Positions 58,321 to 64,000 of a stretch of 64,000 nt of DNA are shown here, piece by piece. Positions within the stretch are counted from its first letter, which is position 1. Each line of letters begins with the position of its first letter. Position numbers and translations under genes: made by a program. The notes beneath the pieces were generated by a model. The model was not told the origin of the DNA. It was given only the letters and a program-made list of their open reading frames with translations, and ran no database searches. The DNA comes from Dehalococcoidia bacterium (lineage in GTDB: Bacteria > Chloroflexota > Dehalococcoidia > Lucifugimonadales > UBA3495): the NCBI GenBank assembly GCA_030740155.1, contig JASLXV010000008.1, forward strand, positions 1 to 64,000, given 5' to 3'.

Positions 58321-59985
58321 TCAGTAGGTGCGCTGCTGCCTCGACCGGCCGGCCATGTTCCCGTAGGAAACCTCGGGGTCGATCACCACGTCAATCAGCG
58401 CGGCCTTGCCGGAGGCGAAGGCGCGTTTGATGGCGGGACCGATTTCGGCCGGGTCCGTGACCCTCTCGGCGAAACCTCCCAGGCCCTCCATGACCTTGGC
58501 GTAGTCGGTGTCCTGGGACAGATAGGTGCCGATGGCGCGCCCGCCGCGGCGGAGGACTCCCTGAGTCACCTGGTTCCAGGCCCCGTTGTTGCCCAGGATC
58601 GAGACGACGGGCAGGTTGAACCGGACGAACGTCTCGATGTCGAACCCGGTTAGCCCAAAGGCCCCGTCGCCGTAGATGATGACGACCTGCTTGCCGGGCC
58701 GGGCCAGTTGGGCCGCCATGGCGAAGCCGCTACCGGCCCCCAAGCAGCCGAAGGCGCCCGGGTCCAGCCAGTGGCCGGCCTGGTTGATCCCCAGCGCCCG
58801 GGCGGCGAAGGTTACGAAGTCCCCGCCGTCTCCGATGACCGTGGCGTCGGGCTCCAGAACGTCCCCCAGTTCCTTCATCACCCGCATGGGGTGGATGGGG
58901 CTCTGGTCGCTGTTCAGCAACGGCTCGTCGGCCGCCTTCAGCGCGTGGTCTTCGGTCATGACTTCTTCGACCCAGGCATTACCCGGCGACTTGTAGCCGG
59001 ATTTCTTGAGTTCGTCCATTATCTGGCCCAAAATGGCCTTAGAGTCGCCTACCAGGCCGACATCCACGTCCCGGTTCATTCCTATCTTGCCGGGGTCCAT
59101 CATGATCTCGATCAGCTTGGGGTTCTGAGGGAACATGTTATCGGACCCGTACCCCAACCTGAAGTCGATGGGAGTGCCGATGAGGATAACCGTGTCCGAC
59201 TTGACCAGGCCGTAGCGGCGTCCCAGGCCGCCCAGATTGGGGTGGTCGGAGGGGATGCTGCCGCGACCCATCGCATTCAGGAACACGGGCGAGCCAATCA
59301 TCTCAACGAACTCGCGCAGTTCCTCCGAGGCTTCGGACCACCAGATGTCGGAGCCGGCCAGCACCATGGGCCGCTCCGTCGTCTTGAGGATGTCCACCAC
59401 CTTCGCGACGTAATCGGGGTCGCCGTAAGCCATCGCCTCGGTCCGGTACCTCTGAGGATACCTGACGCCCGACTCCTCAACCTTGCCAATTACGATGTCT
59501 CTTGGAATCTCTAGGTAGGAAGGGCCTGGGATACCCGTGGTGGCCATGCGAAAGGCTTCAGCGAGGTACTCCGGTATCCGCTCGGTCCTCTTCACCTGCT
59601 CGGCAAACTTGGTTATCGGCTTCAAGAAAGTGACGCTGTCGAAGTCCTGGAGGCCGCCCTTCAGGTGCTCCTTGATGTCCGCGTTGCCTCCGATGACAAT
59701 CATGGGGCTGGGAGCTTGGAAGGCATTGGCGATTCCCGTGACGGCGTCGGTGACGCCGGGGCCCGCGGTGACGATGCATACGCCGGGCTTGCCGGTAACC
59801 TTGGCCCAGCCTTCCGCGGCGTGGGCTGCCACCTGCTCGTGGCGAACGTCGATGACCTGGATGCCTTCATCGACGCAACCTTCGTACAGGTCATAGATGT
59901 GCCCGCCGTTCAGAGTGAATACGTACTCGATCCCTTCATGTTTCAGGGCTTTGGCGAAGAGATGTCCGCCGTCTATTTCTGCCAT
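58321..59985 (-). CDS. thiamine diphosphate-dependent enzyme (acetolactate synthase / 2-hydroxyacyl-CoA lyase-like)
   Basis: RHEQ, TAGPG, GDGAFG...NNGAW. Confidence 0.9.
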   Translation of the reverse strand: MAEIDGGHLFAKALKHEGIEYVFTLNGGHIYDLYEGCVDEGIQVIDVRHEQVAAHAAEGWAKVTGKPGVCIVTAGPGVTDAVTGIANAFQAPSPMIVIGGNADIKEHLKGGLQDFDSVTFLKPITKFAEQVKRTERIPEYLAEAFRMATTGIPGPSYLEIPRDIVIGKVEESGVRYPQRYRTEAMAYGDPDYVAKVVDILKTTERPMVLAGSDIWWSEASEELREFVEMIGSPVFLNAMGRGSIPSDHPNLGGLGRRYGLVKSDTVILIGTPIDFRLGYGSDNMFPQNPKLIEIMMDPGKIGMNRDVDVGLVGDSKAILGQIMDELKKSGYKSPGNAWVEEVMTEDHALKAADEPLLNSDQSPIHPMRVMKELGDVLEPDATVIGDGGDFVTFAARALGINQAGHWLDPGAFGCLGAGSGFAMAAQLARPGKQVVIIYGDGAFGLTGFDIETFVRFNLPVVSILGNNGAWNQVTQGVLRRGGRAIGTYLSQDTDYAKVMEGLGGFAERVTDPAEIGPAIKRAFASGKAALIDVVIDPEVSYGNMAGRSRQQRTY

Positions 59986-60363
59986 GACGCCTCCCGATGT
60001 AAATTTGCGAAACGTGGTACCCCGCGGTTGAAAGGTGGCCTTCGCCGGCGGCGACGCGCCTCCAGCCGGTTGCCCGGCTACAGCCCGGTGTCGCTACCAG
60101 TATTGCCGTCCGAAACTTCCCAGGTGGGGCAGCGAGCCACCGGCGGCCGCTGGCTTCCGGAAAGAGGCACGGTGCCGCGGGATGCTGGGCCGGGCTCAGG
60201 AGCCTCGGCCGGGATTTCCCATATGAGATTCATTGCCCGCGAAGCTATGGTGCGCCGGGGAAAACGTTATCACCTACCCCCGATGCTGTCAAACGCTGGA
60301 GGGGCCATCGTCCTATCTGTGTTCTTGACTAGAATTGGGCTCAGGTACGTGTTCTGAACATCC

Positions 60364-60896
60364 CTACGGCGGCCCAGATTCGGTGGGGTCCCGGACCACG
60401 ACCATCACCGTGATGTCGTCCGACTGGGAGGCGTGGTCCACGAAAGCGTCGACCTGAGCGATCAAGTCATCCTGGATTTCCTGAGCCGGGCGTCCCAGGC
60501 CGGCGCGAACAATCTCCCGCAGCCGCTCTTCGTCGAAGAACTCCTCGTCGGCGTTTTGCGCCTCGGTGATGCCGTCAGTGTATAGCAGCAGCACGTCGCC
60601 GGGGTCCATCTGAACAACCCGCTGCTCCCAGGCCATGCCGTCGACGATGCCCAGCGGCACGCCGGTGCTATCCAATTCCCGCACCGTGGTCCCATCTTGG
60701 GCACTCAACAGATACGGAGGGTTGTGCCCGGCATTGGAGTAGGTCAACTCTCCCGACGATGGGTCGAGGACCCCGTAGAACACTGTAACGAACAGGCCGG
60801 CGCTCGTGTCTGCCAGGATCCGGTGATTGGCGGCGCCGAGGGCAAGTTCGGGCTGCGTTTCGTATTCCACGGCGTAGGTGCGGATGAGCGTGCGGC
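60364..60896 (-). pseudogene. C-terminal fragment of a SpoIIE/RsbU-type PP2C phosphatase
   Basis: FVTVFYG, SNAGHNPP, LYTDGITEA, SDDIT; the N-terminal DVSGKG part is absent. Confidence 0.8.
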
Positions 60897-61079
60897 GAGG
60901 GCACGCAGGCCCGCACTGCTGATGTACTCCACCCCGGACATGTCGACGACCAGCTTGTGCTGGCCCGCCGACACCGCCGCCTGCAAGGCCTGGTCCAGGT
61001 CGGCTGCGGCTTGGGTGTCGACCCGCGCCTCCGGCAAGAACACGATGACATCGCCTTCGACTCGTTGCGTAATCTCCAT
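60895..61079 (-). pseudogene. truncated STAS anti-sigma-factor antagonist
   Basis: GGAGG SD, MEITQR...VDMSGVEYISSAGLRAL, then homology stops. Confidence 0.78.
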
Positions 61080-61161
61080 CTGTCCTGCCTCCTGACATTA
61101 GGCGGCCAGCCCCCGGTGCCCGGCGCGTGATTGGCAATGGCCACTGGTAGCCGGGAGCGTT

Positions 61162-61405
61162 CTAGAGTTCGGTCACCAGCCGGGAATCAACCTCCCCGGC
61201 GCCGACGACACGCCCGTCGCGCACCTCTTCCACCCGTGGAATCCGGCCGGCAAGTTCACGGTCATGGGTGGCCATGACAGTGGTTTTGCCCTGCTGCACC
61301 AACGTCTCGAAAAACTCGAAAACCAGGCCCGCCGAGATCGTGTCCAGGCTACCGGTCAGTTCATCGCCGACGATCAGGTCCGGGTTGTTGATTAGCGCCC
61401 GAAGA
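61162..61405 (-). pseudogene. C-terminal fragment of a LolD/MacB-type ABC ATPase
   Basis: RALINNPDLIVGDELTGSLD, MATHD; Walker A and signature absent. Confidence 0.75.
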
Positions 61406-61614
61406 TGGCCACCCGGGTCGGTTGAATAGTGCATCATTCAAGGTCTTCAATCAATAACCCGATGACGGGGCTGCCAAACGCCTCGGTTCCCCCTTGGCTT
61501 GCCCTCGGCGAGGGTTTATGATGACGCCACCCAGCTATAGGCAAACGGATGTCGTGGAGCATGGGGGACAATGGGGCGCGTTCGGGGCTAGAAGGCCCCC
61601 AAAGGAGAACGACG

Positions 61615-62805
61615 ATGAAGATCAAGAATATCCGGGCGGTCAACGTCAACATCCCGCGGATCCAGCCCAAAACGAAAGCCCGGCGGCCCGGCTGGAACGC
61701 CAAAGCACCGAGGGCGCTCCCGCTCAACAAGTACCCGGAGTTTTCAACTGCCCACGGCTGGATGCCGGGCCGAGGCGCCCAGCGAGAGGTCTGGGTGCAG
61801 GCGACCGCCGAGGACAGTACCTGGGGCCTGGGATTGTGTAGCTTTGGGGAACCCGTGGCCTCGATGGTCGACTACCACTACGCGCCGCTCCTCGAGGGCC
61901 GGGACTGCATGGCCCTGGAATACCTGAATGACGTGATGTGGCGCTCGACTCAGCGTTTCGGCTCGGGAGGTGTGGGGACGGTGGCTCAGTCCGGCATCGA
62001 TCTCGCGCTCTGGGACCTGAAGGGCAAGCTGCTGGGACAGCCGGTGTACAGCCTCTTGGGCGGACCCGTGCGGGAGAAGATCCGGCCGTATTGCACCTGC
62101 GACGACCTGGATTGGTCGTTGGAGTTGGGGTTCACCGCGTTCAAGATCAGCAACCCGGTGCACTACGAGATGGGCATAGAGGGCCTGAACATCCTCGAAG
62201 AGAAGATAGCGAAGGCCCGCGATGAGGTTGGGCCGAACCGGGAACTCATGTTCAACCCGGTGATGTCTTTCAACGTGGAGTTCACCATGCGGCTCGCGGA
62301 ACGGCTCAGGCCCTACGGACTGCGATGGTTGGAGGAGCCGTTGATTCCCGCCAACCTGGAGGGGCACATCCAGTTGAAACAGGCAATTACCTGGATTCCG
62401 CTGGCGACGGGCGAGCATCATCAAGGCCGCCACGCGTTCCGGCAACTGGTAGAGAACCAAGCCGTTGACGTGGTGCAGCCCGACATCCGGTGGTGTGGCG
62501 GGTTGTCGGAGGCGGTCAAGATTCATACCATCGCCGAGGCGGCGGGGATCGTCACCATTCCGCACCTGGGAGCCGGGTTACCCTTCGGCCAGCATTTCGC
62601 CTTCGCGATGCCGGAGTCGCCGCTGGCGGAATTCTGGTTGGGCTCCGACCCCGGTATCCCGCTGGAAGAGGTGACCGGAATACCGGGTATGGCTCTGCCC
62701 AAAGACGGTTACATAATTCCCTCGAACGCTCCGGGCTTCGGAATGGAGATTCCCGAAGGCTGGATAGAGCCATGGAACCACGCATCAGCGATGAAGCTAC
62801 GCTAG
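61615..62805 (+). CDS. mandelate racemase/enolase-superfamily dehydratase (L-rhamnonate dehydratase-like)
   Basis: SGIDLALWDLKGK, WLEEP, TGEH, QPDIRWCGG, IPH; AAGGAG SD. Confidence 0.85.
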   Translation: MKIKNIRAVNVNIPRIQPKTKARRPGWNAKAPRALPLNKYPEFSTAHGWMPGRGAQREVWVQATAEDSTWGLGLCSFGEPVASMVDYHYAPLLEGRDCMALEYLNDVMWRSTQRFGSGGVGTVAQSGIDLALWDLKGKLLGQPVYSLLGGPVREKIRPYCTCDDLDWSLELGFTAFKISNPVHYEMGIEGLNILEEKIAKARDEVGPNRELMFNPVMSFNVEFTMRLAERLRPYGLRWLEEPLIPANLEGHIQLKQAITWIPLATGEHHQGRHAFRQLVENQAVDVVQPDIRWCGGLSEAVKIHTIAEAAGIVTIPHLGAGLPFGQHFAFAMPESPLAEFWLGSDPGIPLEEVTGIPGMALPKDGYIIPSNAPGFGMEIPEGWIEPWNHASAMKLR

Positions 62806-63166
62806 AAGTTGCGTTAGGTAAGGATACGTAGCCCGGTGGGGCAGCCCGCCCCGGCCGGCACCCCTGCCCGTGGGGGAAGTTTAACCGGACCCGAATTGGT
62901 TGACGCAGTGATTAAGGAGACCTCGGTAGGAGAGTTTGTTGCCCGTCGCTCGGGCCCGTTTCAAAGCGGCAGACCCGGATGATGCGAGGTCCGGCGGACC
63001 TAGAGAAGGAACCCGCCCGTTCGCATTTACACTCCAACCGGCGGAACCTCACCCTCGCCTAACATGCTCCCATTCCTGTATAAGTAATTGGGGCCGCCTC
63101 TCTCTTCACTTTTCCAGGCGTCCTGGGTGCGCCGAAAGATCGGCCCATTAGAAGAAAGGACTCAAT

Positions 63167-64000
63167 ATCACTACGTCACCGAAGGATGACCCTCGGGCCG
63201 GTCGCCGAATTTTCTACGGGTGGATCATTGTTGGCGCGGCGGCCCTCGCGGCATTTGGCAGCGGCCCCGGCCAGTCGTACGTCTTCTCCGTTTTCCTGGA
63301 TTCGATAATCTCCGACACCGGGTTGTCCAGGTCGGGCATATCCGCTCTATACCTGGTGAGCACCGCCGTAAGCGCCCTGATGGTCAGCGTCGTCAGTCGC
63401 ATGGCCGACCGGTTTGGGCCGCGAAGAATGTTGGTCGTAGTTGGGCTGGCCTTCCCGGCGGCCTGCTTCGGGATGGCGACCATGACCAACCTGACGCTAT
63501 TCTACGTGGCCTTCATCAGCCTTCGCGCTCTCGGCCAGGGGTCGTTGCCAATCAACGCCACTCTGTTGGTGAACCAATGGTTCATATCCCGTCGCGGTAT
63601 GGCGATCGCGATCATGGGACTCGGGATGGTGCTTTCGACCGCGATCCTACCCCCGCTGGCCAGATTGCTGATCGACAATATTGGCTGGCGCGAGGCCTAC
63701 GCCTTCCTCGGGATGATGTCGATGGTTCTCGTTGTGGCCCCAGCGGTGCTGTTCGTTCGCAACAGGCCCGAAGAGATCGGGCTGTTTCCCGATGGCAAGC
63801 CCCATCCGCCATCGGTGGAAGCCCGGCAATCCAGGCTCGGCCCTGGCCGGGAAAGGCGGGTCTTGAGCACGCCGGCTTTCTGGCTCTTGGCAATACCTCT
63901 GGCAACGCCGAGCCTGGTATCGACGGCGTTGATGTTCCACCAGACATCCATATTCGTCGAGAATGGGCTGAGTGCAAACCTGGCGGCGGGAGTCTTCGTC
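63167..64000 (+). CDS. MFS transporter (3' end beyond the window)
   Basis: IFYGWIIV, motif A RMADRFGPRR, WFISRRGMA, GWREAY; frame open to the edge; probable ATC start. Confidence 0.87.
   Translation, partial: MTTSPKDDPRAGRRIFYGWIIVGAAALAAFGSGPGQSYVFSVFLDSIISDTGLSRSGISALYLVSTAVSALMVSVVSRMADRFGPRRMLVVVGLAFPAACFGMATMTNLTLFYVAFISLRALGQGSLPINATLLVNQWFISRRGMAIAIMGLGMVLSTAILPPLARLLIDNIGWREAYAFLGMMSMVLVVAPAVLFVRNRPEEIGLFPDGKPHPPSVEARQSRLGPGRERRVLSTPAFWLLAIPLATPSLVSTALMFHQTSIFVENGLSANLAAGVFV

Noticed and set aside
59986..60360. TPP riboswitch upstream of the ThDP enzyme
   Set aside because: No recognisable TPP aptamer core on the minus strand

Overview
High-GC bacterial chromosomal window. Gene content (two LLM-class oxidoreductases, an enolase-family dehydratase, a small SWIM-like protein, rny-ymdB-PHP-plsY, ino1-pimA-pgsA) suggests Chloroflexota, class Dehalococcoidia, probably SAR202-like; this is inference. 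Most of it is housekeeping or metabolic: a heterodimeric ABC exporter, rpiB, otsAB, tyrA-aroA-gmk-lipA, an anaerobic-route corrin ring operon (hemA-cbiC-cbiX-cbiD-cbiT-cbiL-cbiF-cbiG-cbiH), alaS-ruvX, recA-recX, rny, dnaJ-prmA, a phosphatidylinositol/PIM-type cluster, ribH and a MoxR-DUF58-DUF4129 module. The strongest signals missed by the ORF track are two probable selenoprotein genes, each with an in-frame UGA followed by a similar SECIS-like hairpin. One is a DsbA/FrnE-like protein with a U-P-W-C motif (4203-4850, -). The other is a glutaredoxin-like protein ending GGY-U-E-F-stop (35845-36084, +). Also notable: a CbiX with a Cys-rich loop next to the catalytic His, a corrin operon lacking CbiE and CbiJ, REP-like repeats inserted in frame in cbiG and alaS, a MITE-like element inside the cbi operon, probable CTG and ATC start codons, an atypical kinase-PP2C pair, and several decayed or frameshifted genes. 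I found no rRNA, tRNA or CRISPR array.
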